Source of the DNA: Callorhinchus milii
Lineage: Eukaryota
Length of the DNA: 64,000 nt
NCBI RefSeq assembly: GCF_018977255.1
Contig: NW_024704742.1
Coordinates: 127,906,001 to 127,970,000 of the forward strand
Direction: 5' to 3'
This document shows, piece after piece, positions 26,051-40,082 of the stretch. How positions within the stretch are numbered: the first letter of the stretch is position 1; each line of letters starts with the position of its first letter. Position numbers and translations under genes: made by a program. Below the pieces are notes generated by a model. That model was given only the letters and a program-made list of their open reading frames with translations. It ran no database searches and was not told the origin of the DNA.

Positions 26051-29000
26051 TTGTTTTGTCACATTGCTTTGCAATCGTTTCAAAATCTTGATCAGAATCA
26101 CATGAATTTACACAGTCTGATCCAAATGAATGAATTCTGCCTTCTTCCTTCAAGAAGGATGAACAGTGAACGCAAGATTGCATGCAGGCTGGAAGAAAAT
26201 AGGGGCGAGAGAGAAAGGGAGGGAGAGAATGCATCTGATATTGTGGCTTTGACATGCGACTCATTCAGCTAATCAATGGTGGTTATCTCAGGCACAGCAC
26301 GGCCATGTTCACTGAAGGGCCATTGTTAGATTTCAGTAAGCTTAGTTTCGCTTTTTTTGTTTGGTCTCAACAAGCTTGATAAAATACTGGGCCGGCAAAG
26401 GTAGCAGAAAGCCACGGTATCAGAGGAGAATAAGGTTAATCAGCTTAGCAGGGAAGAAAACGGAAACCCAAACCTGAGCCAATTAAAGGGAATTGTGGCT
26501 ATTACTAGGAATCAAACTGGGGACAGCAGTGAGATTCCTGGAAGGCTAATGACAAACAGGAGGCGTAGTCACTGTGCTCTTCATTGCCCTGTTCAATGGT
26601 AAAGACTCAGGAAGCAATTACTATAATCCTAGCAGGAGCTGACAGGAACTGGTCAGCCACAGCTATTAGCAGCCTACACAGTGTGACTCAACGCCGTTTC
26701 AATGCAGCAGCTGAGAGTCCCATTGCTGGGGCTCTCCTTGGGGGTTGGGGGAAGAGAGCGAGAGATCATCAAGAGCGAGAGAGAGAGAGAGAGAGTCATC
26801 TAAGCAAAAAAACACATCTCAAGGCGACAGGGGTCATTTATCAACAAGGCAGAGGACAAATGCTTCTGGTAGCGTTCTGATGCCACGTACTGATTTGTTG
26901 ACTCTACCAGTATTTAAAGACACAGACTAGCAGCACAACACACAAACCATTTTCCTTGTGGGGTTGGGTGCTGGGGGGCTGAAAACAAAAATCACCTCTA
27001 ATTTCTTCTGCAGCCACAATCATTGCCTTTAATTGGTTGAATTGTGACAGCAAGATAAAATGACATTGGGGTACTCAGTGCTTTCTTTCATGTATTTGAG
27101 TGAGATAAGAGTAGGTGGTGGAGAGTTTGTTGTGACTGACGAGAGTGTGTGACACCAAAATTGTGACAATCATGCACTGTGTTGGTAATGCGCTTGCATG
27201 TTAATAACATTGGATTCTATTTATTTCTGTGCGTTCACAAAGATTCGGAGAGCGAAAGGCTGGTAACTAACTCCCCACCCACTGCACCCCCCCCACCTCC
27301 GCTTTCCCTCTCTTTATACTGGTTTCAGTTTCTCGCAGCAATGACCAAGTGGACTGACAGCTGGTGTTTGGGTGGTGGTAAATCACCCTGAAACAAGCCT
27401 CTTCCCTTGGTGAATGGGGACAACAACAAAAGGAGGCACAGTTTGGAGTCAGCCAGCGACATAAATGACGGCTTCATTCAAGCCCCGGAGCTGTGCAGTC
27501 CTGAACAAGCCTGAAACACAACTGAGAACTAAAACAATAGCCAGCCCTATTGCTGTTAATGTCAGAGTTAAGCAGACGTCCTACATGTTGCCCCTATATA
27601 AAGAGGGGTATTCCACTTTACTGTACCAAAGAAACATGTCTAGAAGTAAACCCCATACCAGTCCCACCACATTTCCTCTTCATTCTTTGATTTACTTTTT
27701 CCATCAGCTCTGAGGTTAATATTGTCGCCTTGTGCCGCTAGGTTCGGAAACATGGGGTTAGTTTTTACTGCCGCATTTTAACTCAGAGGGGACAAAAGCC
27801 TCTGCCCCACGCAATGTCACAAGTTCCAGTTTTCGACGCAAAGAGCAATGTCACGTAACCGCCAATTTAAACTCAATTTACATTGTTCATCCAAAAGCAT
27901 TCTGTTTGTCCTCCTTTTCGTGGTGGTTAATGCTCCACGATCTTAAAATAATTTCAGCACAATGTGGGTCCAAACATCCCAAATTTCAGGATTAAAATTT
28001 GTTTAAAAATGGGTTGAATCATCACGCTAGCACGACAACAAAACAACAGGCAGACGTTACCTTTCTGTACTATGGATCCACCATGAGGCTTCCTTTCCCA
28101 CCTTCAGTCCTTTGCGATGAGGAGGCTTCAGTGGTCCCTACAATGCTATGTTGCATCTAATTTCCCCTCAGCCTTGCAGTATTTTTCTGTTGTAACTCAA
28201 ACCCTCAGCAGGAGCTGAAATTAAACAGGCTGCCCATATGCCATGCCTCACTTGTTGTCCTTCCCCTACTACCATCTGGCCTATTTGTTCAGCCAAAAAC
28301 CCAGACACAATGATATGGGAGCCACTGATGCTGTCTGCTCCATCTGCTCACAGCAGAATCCTGAACCTTACTGGACAACACCGCTTAACCCAAGCACAGC
28401 AAAATGTATTTAACCTGTTAATTCGGATCAGCTTTTACACGCTCGTCTGTCACTGGACCAGAAAGTTTTTACTAGAAAGCCTACAAAGAGAATAATGGAG
28501 AGTTAAAATAATTAAAAGCAGACCGGAAGAAAAACAGGATAAATTACACTTTTACAGACACGATGAGAAGGATATGAAATGGATCAAACACATGTGTGAA
28601 AAGATTTTTGATAAACTTAGTGAAATTTCGTCAATCATTTTTTGTTTGTTTGACCTCACGTGGGAAGCTTGCGCAAAATCTTTTTGAGTTTCCTTTTTCC
28701 CAACTCTAAACTGAATCAATTGCTTAATGGATTTAACAAAGCATCGTTTTTTTGGGGGGAGTGGGGGGAGGGCTGGGGGTTGAATAAAAAAAATACTTTT
28801 AACCGCAAATAGTTTACAGCTAAAGGCAAAATGGAAAACTGCAAAAGCATGGAACATTTCGTCCACAAAATACACACCATTTTACAGTATATCCTATGAA
28901 ACGCTTTGAGACGTCTTGATGACATGATAAAGTGCTATGTCAATGCAAGAGATAAGTATCAGTATTGTATAACATGAATCTGATTTCCCCTTATGCGCTA

Positions 29001-29059
29001 TAACGGAATCTGTGTTACTATGTTACACAGTTCATTGCAATTAGTGTTATATAATCTGG

Positions 29060-29400
29060 TGTTTCTCAGTCAGACAGTTTAAGCTCCACATCAAGACTTT
29101 GAGCTCACATTCTAGACTATCAGTCCAATATTGGGGAAGCACAGTCTTTTTGTAGGTACTGTCCTTCGGATGAGATGTTAAGCCTTGTCTGCTTGGTCAG
29201 ATGGTTGTTTAATGATCTCATGGCATAATTCAAAAAGAGCAGTTTCTCCCATCTTAAACATAGTTCACTCAATGGCTGTCTGTTGGGCATTACTGTGTGC
29301 AAATTGGCAGCTGCGTTTGCATAGAAATATAGTTTATGGAAAGCTCTGTGAATCAATTTTAAACATAAATTGCTATATCAAACGCAAGGACATGCTGTTA
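29060..29400 (+). mobile_element. Deu-domain SINE, decayed; followed tail-to-tail by a minus-strand fragment (29400-29580)
   Basis: gtccttcggatgagatgttaagcc..gatctcatggca..gtgcaaattggcagctgcgtttgc. Confidence 0.75.
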
Positions 29401-30251
29401 ATAATAATAATAATCTTTGCATTTGGAAAAGTACCTTATATCGTTGAAAAAGTGTGGTGACGATGTAGGCAAACACGACAGCTAATTTGCACACAGCAAA
29501 GTCTCACAAACAGTCATGAAGTGAATGAGAATTTTTATGCATGGATTGTTGTCCAGGATACTGAATAGTGCCATGGGGCCTTTAGCTGAAATTAGTTTCT
29601 TTCTGGAAGTTTCTCTCTAATGTTCTGAGATCAAAGTTCAGTCCAGATACACATTTTGAAAATGGCTTCCTGAAGTCAATGCCTCGAGCCTGCTCCACTT
29701 CACAATTCACAGCTTTAACATTGCTGGGTGGTTTCAGAGTGAAATGGGTGGAATCCACCATCCATGAGATTTGATACATCTGAGGACTGAAATCCTCTGG
29801 TATTATGTGTACTTAAGAAAATAGGAACATAAGTTGACCATTCAGCCTGTTAATGTTGCTCCATCATTTTATTAGATCGTAGCTAAAACCATTTCCCTGC
29901 CCTTTCATTGTATCTGTTGATACCCCTGCCCGTCAAATATTTATCAACCAGCTCTTTAACCACTTCAACTGACTCAGCATTTGAATTCCACTACTGAAAC
30001 TGTACGCTGACTCCACACGGTTAGAATGGGAACATTCTGTAAGAAGGCAATGTCACCACTCTTAACGCTGACAGGAATTTTAGCCCTGAGGGAGAGTTCC
30101 TTATCTTATGTGAGCTTCAGAAGGAGCCACATAGCAGTGTCCAGATAGCTCCCTACAGACAATGGAAAGAACAGTAATATCTAAGGATATAACAACAACT
30201 TGCATTTATACAGCACCCTTCACGTGAAGCAGCATCTCGGACCACTTCATT

Positions 30252-30625
30252 TAATAATAATAATAATCCTTGCATTTGATATAGAGCCTTAACACATCTT
30301 CTAGACATCTCAAAGCGCGTCACAAAATATACCGTAAAGTGAATTGAGTGTATATTTTGTGGACGAAACGCGGTAGCCAATTGATTACAGCAGTATCCCA
30401 CAAACAGTCGTGAATTGAGTGACCAATTTATTATTTTTTAAAGGAATTATTACCCCCGGAAAAGCGATCCTCCGATCAACTAACAACCGGGTTCCTACTT
30501 ACTGCTAGGTAAACAGAGGCATGTAGAGTAAGGAAACTTGCCCAACGTTTAACCCTACCAGGAATTGAATCCAGGTCCCCTCGCTTGCGAGGCGAGTGCT
30601 CTAACCACTGAGCTACAGGACTCCA
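30252..30625 (-). mobile_element. tRNA-derived SINE, subfamily B, full length
   Basis: Head, central domain and tail present. It abuts an L2-type tail fragment at 30190-30250. Confidence 0.93.
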
Positions 30626-30944
30626 CCTGGATAACTTGGATGTCGGCATTTCTTTGCCGAACATTGAGAACAGAAGAATGATCCGTGGCACAGGAAGACC
30701 AAAAGAGAGCAGGGAATGACTGAAGGATGGGCACCTTGTTAACAGCAATGAATCATTAGAAGAAAGGCTTGTTTGGGTACTCGCCCATTTCCCATTAAAC
30801 TGCGCTAATTGAACAATTGAAAGGAATATTTGAAAACAATGAAAGGAACTTTTTCCTACTTCTTGAGAGCGTGAATACATGTGTTGATGTGCTCCAAATT
30901 AACCCTTGAAATACCACTGACCATCCAATTATAATAAATATATA

Positions 30945-31305
30945 TATAAATCATCCTTGCATTTCATATAGCGCTTTCCATGTCAGGAGGGCATTCCAAA
31001 ACACTTCACGGAATTTACTGTAAAGTGTAAAGACTGTATATTTGTAAGCAAACTAAAATTTGCACACAACTACACATTTGGGCAGAGCGATATTCCACAA
31101 ACAGTCATGAAGTGAACAATCAATTTTTTTTATCTGGGGGATTGATTGTCAGGGCACACAGAGAACTCAACTTCACTTTTCAAATCGTGCCACGAGATCT
31201 TTAACATCCACCTGAACAGGACTTCGATTTAACATTTCTTGCAAAGGACGGCACCTCCAACGATGCAATGTGCCCCCATGCATTGAAGTGTGAGCCTAAA
31301 CTACA
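30945..31305 (-). mobile_element. Deu-domain SINE 3' two-thirds
   Basis: gtgccacgagatctttaacatccacctgaacaggacttcgatttaacattt..aaggacggcacctcc. Confidence 0.8.
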
Positions 31306-31651
31306 CTTAAACTCCTTCTAGCTGGAATAATGGGGGGAGGGGAGGGAGATCTAGTCCAGGGAGTCAGAATTCAGAGATAGAGTGGGAGTTCAAGCAGGGT
31401 GAGAGTTGGTGGAGGGGAGAAGAGGAGAGAGAAGTGACCGAAGGCCACATTCAAAGAGAGAGTATTTTAGGAAAGGTTTTAAGGTAGAGAGGAAAGGTGT
31501 GAGGTGCAGAGATTTTGGGAGAGAATTGTCACGAATATGAGAGTTCAGCCAAGAAAGTAACCGTTTTAAAGACTGAAATATGAACATGGGAGAGTTTCAC
31601 AAGACATACATGTTTAAAACATAAACAAAAAAAGAGAGGGCAATGAAACCT

Positions 31652-32031
31652 ATAATAATAATCCTAGCATTTAATATAGCGCCGTATCACGTCTTCGAGA
31701 CATCACAAAGCACTTTACAGAATATACTGTAAAGTAAATTGACAATATTTTGTGGGCGAAACGCAGTAGCCAATTGCGCACAGCAGCGTCCCACAATCAG
31801 TCGTGGATTGAAGTGACCAATCTATTATTCGTAGTAGGAGTAGATTTCGGAAGGAATTATTACCCCGGAAAAGCAATCCGCCAATTGATTAACATCCGGG
31901 TTCCTACTTACTGCTAGATAAACAGAGGCGTGTGGAGTAAGGAAACTTGCCTGAGATTTCGCCCTGCCAGGAATCAAACCCAGGTCTCTCGCTCGTGAGG
32001 GGAGTGCTCTAACCATTGAGCTACAAGACTC
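31652..32031 (-). mobile_element. tRNA-derived SINE, subfamily B, full length
   Basis: Head, central domain and tail present. Confidence 0.93.
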
Positions 32032-33669
32032 ATCATGTAATAGATGAGCAAATTGGACTTCACTTTCAAGCTAACTGTTAGGCCTCTCCAAAGCTCATGT
32101 ACAGGTAAGTATTAAATGAGTGGTCCCGAGGTTGAATCACCTTACAATTACCTATGCCTCAAATGTAGCCAAGCTCAGTGTAAAGTGCTTTGAGACATCC
32201 TTCCATCGTAAAAAGCACTATATAAATGTGAATTGCTGTTGTATTCTTTTCCTCCTCCTTCTGGCCACAACACTTTATTTTAGCTTAGGATCTCACCGTG
32301 TGGTAAAACACAAGCAGACACCCACTCATGATGACTGAGAGAACTCCACAGTTATAGTAACCCCAAAAATTGTAGGATAATGGACATTGATGCACCATAT
32401 CAGACCTAGTCACACAAAATGTACATCAGGTATGAAGTCATTTTATAAATGGATGATCTCCCATTGGATTTGGCAATGATAGATTCAGTGATTTTTCCTA
32501 AAATCTCAGGTCTGTCAATCAGGCGGCTGGTAATGGAAACAGCAACAAAGAGTTGGCTCGCGCAATCTTTTTTTCTGTTGGGTTTTCTAACTTTCTAACG
32601 AAAGAAATGCAGCAAGATGACGAGACGTTGCAATCCTTTTAATTTTCACACCAATTCTGATAAAACGTCAGGAACAGTTGGAAATTACGCCATAATTAAT
32701 TGACATTCATAGGAAAAATAACTGTTTGGCTTTTTCTGCCAATGATATTCGCCATGGTTAGTGAGCCATTTAACCCATTATAAAGCAGACTAAAAGCCGT
32801 GAAGAGTCATTAGCCTACATCAAGACGGGCATAATGCATTAGAGGCTTTTTATAAAAAAGCTCAAAGCTTATCTGAATCAAGTTGCGATCTTATTTGTGG
32901 CTCATTTCACATCCAGGATATGATCATGTCTATGTCTGATACCTGACAATGTTGGTGGCTCTTCTCACACGTAATGATTAGGGAATGGGAATATTCATGG
33001 CTTCTCTTAATGAGGTCTAGCAGTTTCCAATGATGACTAATTACTTTTGACACTCCTACACTGTTTTTCACTTATGTCAAAAGAAAACTGAAATGAGACC
33101 AGATGTGAGGCTGACTTGCAGTACAAAGGATGTTAACACCTTCCTGTCTCTGTGTTCTGTACTTGTGTGAAGGCAACCCACCCTGTTCAAGGACTGCAAT
33201 TAAAAATAAGGGGGGGATGGGGTGGGGTGTAGGCGGTGGGAAGGAAAGACGTGGCCGGCACATTCAGTGACTCGAGGATGTGATCAGAGTAGATCTGAAC
33301 AACAAAGATTTCCTTCTTGATACTGCCTTTTTCACTTGACTTCATCACAGCACAAACCAGAGTGGTTGGTAGTTGAAACCAAGTTTGGTTTTGGGGAATG
33401 AGGGGAGAGTGGGTGGGAGGGGGTGGGGGGGTCGGGGATGGTGGAATCCACGCAGTTTGTAACATTTCAGCAAGTTCTAAATCCCATTAATTTCAAGGGA
33501 GTTTGGGTTTTAACCCTTATTGTCCTGTACTTGTGGACTTTTTAATGCTTGAACCTTCAAACCAGGCCATAGTCTATCCTCAGCAAACAACAACAATATA
33601 TTTGCGTAGCATCCCTAATGTCGGGAGGATGTCCGGGAAGGCGTTGAACAGTCAGGGATTTGGACCTGC

Positions 33670-33989
33670 CTCAAAGTGCTTCACAGAATATACTGTAAAG
33701 TTAATTGACTGTATATTTTGTGGGTGAAACGAGGCAGCCAATTGTGTACAGCATTGTTCCACAAAACAGTCGTGGATTGAGTGACCAATTTTTTTTTATT
33801 TTTTAAGGGATTACTACCCCCAAAAAGCGATCCGCCAATTGACTAACAACCGGGTTCCTACCTACTGCTAGGAAAACAGAGGCATGTGGATTAAGGAAAC
33901 TTGCCTAAGGCTTCACCCTACCCAGGAATCAAACCTGGGTCCCCTCGCTTGCGACGCTAGTGCTCTAACCAATACACTACAGGACTCCA
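33670..33989 (-). mobile_element. tRNA-derived SINE, subfamily B, with variant head
   Basis: Aligns to the B copies, but the head reads taaccaatacactacagg instead of taaccactgagctacagg. Confidence 0.9.
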
Positions 33990-34555
33990 CAGGACTGTAG
34001 TGTATTGGTTAGAGCACTTGCTAATCTGTAGCAGGGATGTCAGAAATAAGGAATGGCTGCCGAAATGTTGCACAAGTGAGACTGGTGAGAGTAGCTCACT
34101 GACAGTAAAATGGAGGTGTGAAGGGTGCAATAATACAGTGTGTACAGATTGTAGGAAGTCTGAAAATATTAACTCACTGCCTAAGAAATTTACATCCGAG
34201 TGATAGCGGATGTTGTTTGAAAGGCTTCTGCACAGTAAAAAAAATGCAAAGCAGCCTATTTCGATAGGAATACATCCATAAATGGTTTCAGCAGCAGTTT
34301 TGCTAAATAGCTCAGCTTTCAATTAAAGTCAATGGTACGTGACGTTTTAGCAGATTCCGTGTACTTGGCAGCACAGTTAGATCAGTCACACACCTGTGAT
34401 GTCCTGCAGACAGCGCCAGGCGCTGTCACAACCTTGTTTAAAGAAAACGCAGTCATCTGCCTCCATTGGTTAGGACAGGAGGGCCAGTAAACACAGTCTC
34501 CGGTTCACGAGGGCAAGAGAATCAAGGGAAATGCCTACTTCTGCTTCCTACTAAA

Positions 34556-34800
34556 ATGTGCTTGTGTGTGTATTTGTCTATATATATTATAGTGTATACA
34601 TACATAGTATGTGTGCATGGAATTTGGTAAACATGTATCTATTTGTGTGTATCTGTACATATGTGTGTGTGTGTGTGTATACATTTATGTTTACGTGTCC
34701 CTGTGTTTCTGTTCATGTGGGTTGTGACTACCGTATATGTATTTGTACACATGTGTACACGCGCATTTGTATATGTGTTTTTATATGTGTGTGTTTATGC
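34556..34800. repeat. Degenerate (TG)/(TATG) low-complexity tract
   Basis: Directly visible; it explains the spurious Cys/Val/Tyr-rich ORFs. Short (GA)n tracts occur at ~24623-24646 and ~26777-26794, and (TG)n at ~46164-46178. Confidence 0.9.
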
Positions 34801-34957
34801 GGATGGACATTGGATGAGGGTAGGTTCTGTTTGGGCTAAACCATTTGTCCTCTGCCTAACTTTAAAAATGAAGAATGGAAACCTAACTGAAACACACAAA
34901 AGGCTTTGGTTCTGGTGGGATTGTATCCCAGCAAGAATCAGTGTAATCAGTGGGATA

Positions 34958-35350
34958 ATTTTGGGGGGTCAGCCGGTGTCTGACACATGCAGAAACCCAT
35001 CACCATGCTTGAGAGTATTCAAACCAAACTGAGAATTTCATGCATCCCACCGACACATGGAAATTCTGGAGATAGATTGTTGGAATGGAATGCACTCTCT
35101 CTCTCCCTGGAGGCACACATCTTGCTTACCTAATTCTGGAAAGTATAAGGCACAGGTTGGCAAGATCCAAGGCTTGGGGACCTCAGAGTGTGCATTGGGG
35201 TACTGCTGGAGTCTAACTAGCTAAAACCACATAGCTTGCCATTGATATTGCTGTCTGGCAAGCTTTCTTGCTGCTGATCCAGTGAGGACCACCATACCTG
35301 TTAGGGTTTTGGCTTGCAAGGTCAACAGGAGCTGAGTAGGATGATTCCGT
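34958..35350 (-). mobile_element. Unnamed poly(A)-tailed retroposon, longest copy (~390 bp)
   Basis: Reverse complement of the copies at 47424, 50815 and 54194. Confidence 0.85.
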
Positions 35351-37284
35351 CCCCAAAATGCAGGCATTGCACTCTACAGTGAATCCCATGGAGTGCTTTG
35401 AGATGTCTACCCAAGGTGAAAGGTGCTATACCATATATAAGGTTTATTTATGTATCCTTCAATTTTCCTGTGAATCATAAACATAGGTGGGATCAGGTGC
35501 ATTGAATATACAGTAGCTGTGTTGTTCCCAGTTACCTATGTAAATGGAAGAAATGAATGCTAAGAACGCATCCACAAGGTACCCATTGATTAGCTATTTA
35601 TAGGAGGAAGGAATAAAGAAAAAGAACCTTTGGAATGACATTCCACTGGTCTGCAAAGCTGTGAATTTATAATGGCAGCAAGGTTCGTAACTACTGTATT
35701 TCATCCCTTGTATTTTCCAGATTTTATGCATCCTTTCCATTTCACAATACATACAGCTGTCTATGTTGACAACAAACCTCCTTCTCACCTTTAAGCTACA
35801 CATGCGGGTGAGATGGCCTGGCCAAGAACTGTCAAATCGTGCTGCTCACGCAAGCAATGATCGGTGAGCACGAATGACAGGATACTGTGGGACTCGAACC
35901 TGTGACCATCTGGCTGGGAAATAGCCCTCTCCCTGGAAGCTGACGGGAAGGCTGGCTGGTGAATTGTTGTTTGTAATGAAACTGCAGTGAATTAGCATGT
36001 CACAAGGCAGCAAAATTAGCATCGATGCTCACAGAAGTGAAAATAATTCCCTACTGCACAATAAACCATAAATTGAAGAACATTAATAGACCTGGGATGA
36101 ATCAACGGAGCTGAAATTCTCAAAGGCCAATCGTGGAGATTCTGTGCAAGATAAGGTGTGACATCTGTGTTCCTTCTCTGGAGTACACGTCTAATCTTCT
36201 TTAAAGACACCACTATCCCATCGCTTAACATTACCTAATGTCCCTGATGCATTATACAGTACTCTCTTTTTCAGCACCAGCAACACTCAGACACAATCTT
36301 ATGTTACACCACGCTGTCAGTGTTCACGCCACCTGCTTCTAAGTAATTTTGCCATGACAACGGAAGCAATTAGAAATGCAATCATGCTATCTTTCACTTA
36401 AATTGCACATTGAATCCAAGGGTTCTCTCCCCCACCTCCCTTAAAATCCAAGGCTTGTTTCAGTAGATAAAAAACATTTATATTTCCTCTCTCCATTTCT
36501 ACTGAAGCCTTTCCCAAAATCACCCTGCACTGGACACAATTCCTAGCCCAGAGAAGCACTCTCAACTCTCTACTGATGTTGGATAACACCGTGTGCAAGA
36601 ATGGCAAGGGAGGTTTTACTCTTAAACCTGATCTGACCAAGGTGATGAGATAAAGCTTATTGCAAGTTGGATGGCTAGAGCTAGATAGATGAATGGGTTA
36701 CTCATGCCTGAAACTCTTACTGTGTCACTAAGATCAGTAGCTTGGCACGTAGTATACTGCTGGCTACCACATCACCACAGTCATGGACGTACTAGGATTC
36801 GATATCTTTAAACTTGTTCATTCGATTGCTGCTGCTATTCTAAACCTGCAGATTATTTCCAATGAAATGAATAGATGTGGACAAAGGTAGCAGAGCTTCT
36901 GAGCTGTCTGATGCCAGCACTCATTCATCTACAGCTTCGAACTTTATTCTCTGCTGATCATTTGAATTGCATTCCCTAAGGAAGGATGCAATACATATCC
37001 CATGCTGCTTTTAATGAAGGAATCCTTCAATCACACCCATGAATCCAGGATTCTCAGTGTAATCTAAGACTATTTGATATTGGTGGAGGACACAAATTAT
37101 TCAGGGGAAATTAATTGATGGTACTGTGTTGTGACACCAAATAATTACCAGTCATTTTACACAGAGCTCTGCCAGCTGGTTGCGAAGTATGAGGAGTTAT
37201 GTTTTATTCAGGCTAGCTTAAAACAAAAGCCAACATCTTTCCTTCACGGACCTGAACTTTGTCATGTCATCATATCCAGTATCA

Positions 37285-37624
37285 TAATAATAAAATAATA
37301 ATAATAATAATAATAATCCTTGCATTTGATATAGCGCTTTTCACGTCGGGAGGACGTCCCAAAGCGCTTCACAGAATATACTGTAAAGTGAATTGACTGT
37401 ATATTTGTGGGCGAACGCGGCAGCCAATTGCGCACAGCAATGTCCCACAAACAGTCGTAGATTGAAAATGACCAATTTATTATTGTTTTGGGTTTTTTGG
37501 AGGGATTATTATTAGGCTCTGTGTGGAGTAAGGAAACTTGCCCAAGGTTTCGCCCTGCCTGGAATTGAACTCAGGTCTCTCGCTTGCAAAGCGAGTGCTC
37601 TAACCACTGAGCTACAGGACTCCA
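37285..37624 (-). mobile_element. tRNA-derived SINE, short young subfamily (A), full length
   Basis: Long (ATT)n tail, intact CpGs, near-identical to the other A copies. Confidence 0.95.
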
Positions 37625-38376
37625 TATATCATACAAGCTAAACAACAGAAAAACTGAGCAACATCTGTATACTTTCTATTCTACCATAATCTGTAACCAC
37701 AGACAGTATGCTCATCTTTCAGTTGCTACTCGCTGGAACTCTCCCAAAATCCCTTTGACTTGTGCCTTATCTTCAAAACCCTCTTCAAAATCTATCAGAA
37801 AGTACATTTGGTCAATACCTTCAAGGTCCCCCTCATTCCCACCCTGCACGATGTTCCCCATTGCCTTTGTAAAGTGCTTGAGGTGTTACTCTACATGAAA
37901 GATGCTATACAAGAGCAAATCATTGTTAAATAGGAAACATAATTCATCACATTTTGAAACTGGACTAGTAAAACTGGATTTGAATTTCCAAAACATGTGG
38001 TAATTACTTGCCTTTGTGACACAATACTATTTCCACGAACCCTCCTCCAGTATCAGTCTTATATTACACATAATAATAACTAAACTACACTACATGTGTT
38101 TCGCCCACAAGATACACAGTCAATCCACTTCACAATATATTCTGTGAAGCGCTTTGAGATGTCTCAATGATGTGATATGGCAATATATCCAATGCAAGAA
38201 TTATTATTATTACACATGAGTGACTGAAGGGCTCTTTAATTATCGAAATATTTTGTTGAGGGTAATAACCCCAATATCAAAGCTTGAGCACTTTATACCC
38301 ATGACATGAACCCTGAAGTCAAACAGCAGACTTTTCTTCTCTTTTGTTTGGAATTTTGTACAATAAAACATACGTT

Positions 38377-38551
38377 TGGAGTAAAATTCCATCTAGGTCC
38401 AGATTTACTCGATTATCATAGTAGGTCAGAGTATCTAGATTTTGACAGTGTTGAATTCAGCTTAACTTCAAAACCCAATTGTTTGTAGTTTGGATGCTCT
38501 GAATTGTTAGATTAATGGAGTCAATGTAGGCCTGGATGGAATTTCTATCCA
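38377..38551. mobile_element. Palindromic MITE (~175 bp)
   Basis: aaattccatctaggtccagatttactc versus rc of right end aaattccatccaggcctacattgactc; inner pair agagtatc/gatgctct. Confidence 0.75.
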
Positions 38552-40082
38552 GTTCTTGATGGTTTTAATTGTTCAGAGTTGGGGATTTGGGTTTGCTGAG
38601 AGCCAGAGTGCTGAGCTGGCTGATGTAAGAAACATCCACCCTGTGGGATTAATAGATGTAACCCTAGTGACTGAGAAAGTCAACTGAGTAATAATGTTTG
38701 ACAATCAGAAAATAAATGTTATTATTGACATCATCAGACAGGCGGGAACCATGTTATTGAAGCCCTTTCTGCCTTCAGCCTCTCTGCCCTACCCTATGGA
38801 ACTCCATCCCAGAGCCCTTTCGTCTCACTCCCTCCCTTGCTTCCTTCAATTCCCATCTCAAAACTCTCCTCTTCGACCATGCCTTCAGTCATCATCCTAC
38901 CCTCCCTGCCCTCCACCCCTCCCAATCCCAACACTAGCTCGGGTTCAAATCCCTAACTGTCCTCCACCTTGGGATGTCTTCCCGACAGAGGACTTTTTGT
39001 TCCAACACAGTAACTTGTCCAGAGTGGGTTTTAATTCAATTTTGAAACATTTTTTTCAAACCATAGCAAGAAATTGCATATCCATCAGATGGGAACATAG
39101 AAACAGGAGGAGGCCATTCAGCCCATCAAGCATGATCTGCTGTTTTATTGAATTTTGGCAGACCTTTTAAGATCATTTTCTCAGTTTCCATTAATATGCT
39201 TACTTCCCAAGATTGTATCTATCTCCCTTTTAAACATCACTAATGGTAAGGTGCTCTCAGCTGGACAAGGAGCAGAAAGCTGGTACACATAAATGGAATT
39301 CTCAGTCGGGTTTGAGATGTGCTTCTGGATGAGCCAGACAAAAATCTGATTCTGGTGCTGACCAGAGGTCCAATGAAGTCCAATAAGACCATATCTTAGG
39401 ACCTATCCAGACGATAGGAGAGGCTACGATTCAGTCCCTCACCAACATCTCCAAATATTCAGCAGCGTTTGGCCTATTTTTGCAGTGAACAGCTGGCAAA
39501 GCTGCCAAAAGCCCAGGTTCCATGTCACTGATGCACAACAATGTTCACACTGAAAGATTTAGCAACAGCAATATCACTGCTGCAGGTTTCCAGAGACGTG
39601 TTGCAGTTGACAAACATGAAACTCGACGGCAGATGGCTCCAACAGTTGTTTCTAAAACGATTGTTCTACTATATTCGCCTTATGATACAGGAACCCTAAG
39701 AGGAACTCACATTGCTATGGAAGATCCTTGCAGGGATTTGGAGATTTGGATGATGGGGCTTCTTTTAAATGGACATTCTTTGGGAAACCTGTATTGCAAT
39801 AATGAGAGATTAATTCTGCTATACCATGATAAACCTTGCTTCAAGCTGTTTCATTTTACATAGTTAACTCTCGGTAAGTGTGTAGAATGCCCCTTTGTGC
39901 TGAATCCTTAAGGGATACAAAAGCACAGAAGATCCATTTGGGCCAACTTCAGAGCTTGATCTTGGACCCTGGAGTAGAGAATAGATGGGCACTGGTCACG
40001 CAATAGGCACACAACTTTATGGAATTCATAGAAGGCATGCAATTTAGGACAAGAAGGGAAAAGTGTTATCTGAGCAACAGAG

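Noticed and set aside
8330-32110. Strong + strand donors at ~8341, ~19810 and ~32104
   Set aside because: No convincing upstream acceptor with an open, recognisable frame.
34558-35032. Cys/Val-rich membrane-like ORFs
   Set aside because: They are translations of a TG/TATG microsatellite.
37262-37450. Recurrent ORFs ending in KCKDYYYY or RIIIII, and MVR.LASQAR ORFs, as a peptide gene family
   Set aside because: They are translations of the SINE body and (ATT)n tail.
37550-37624. tRNA genes at SINE heads
   Set aside because: The A/B boxes run directly into SINE bodies and there is no complete cloverleaf or terminator.
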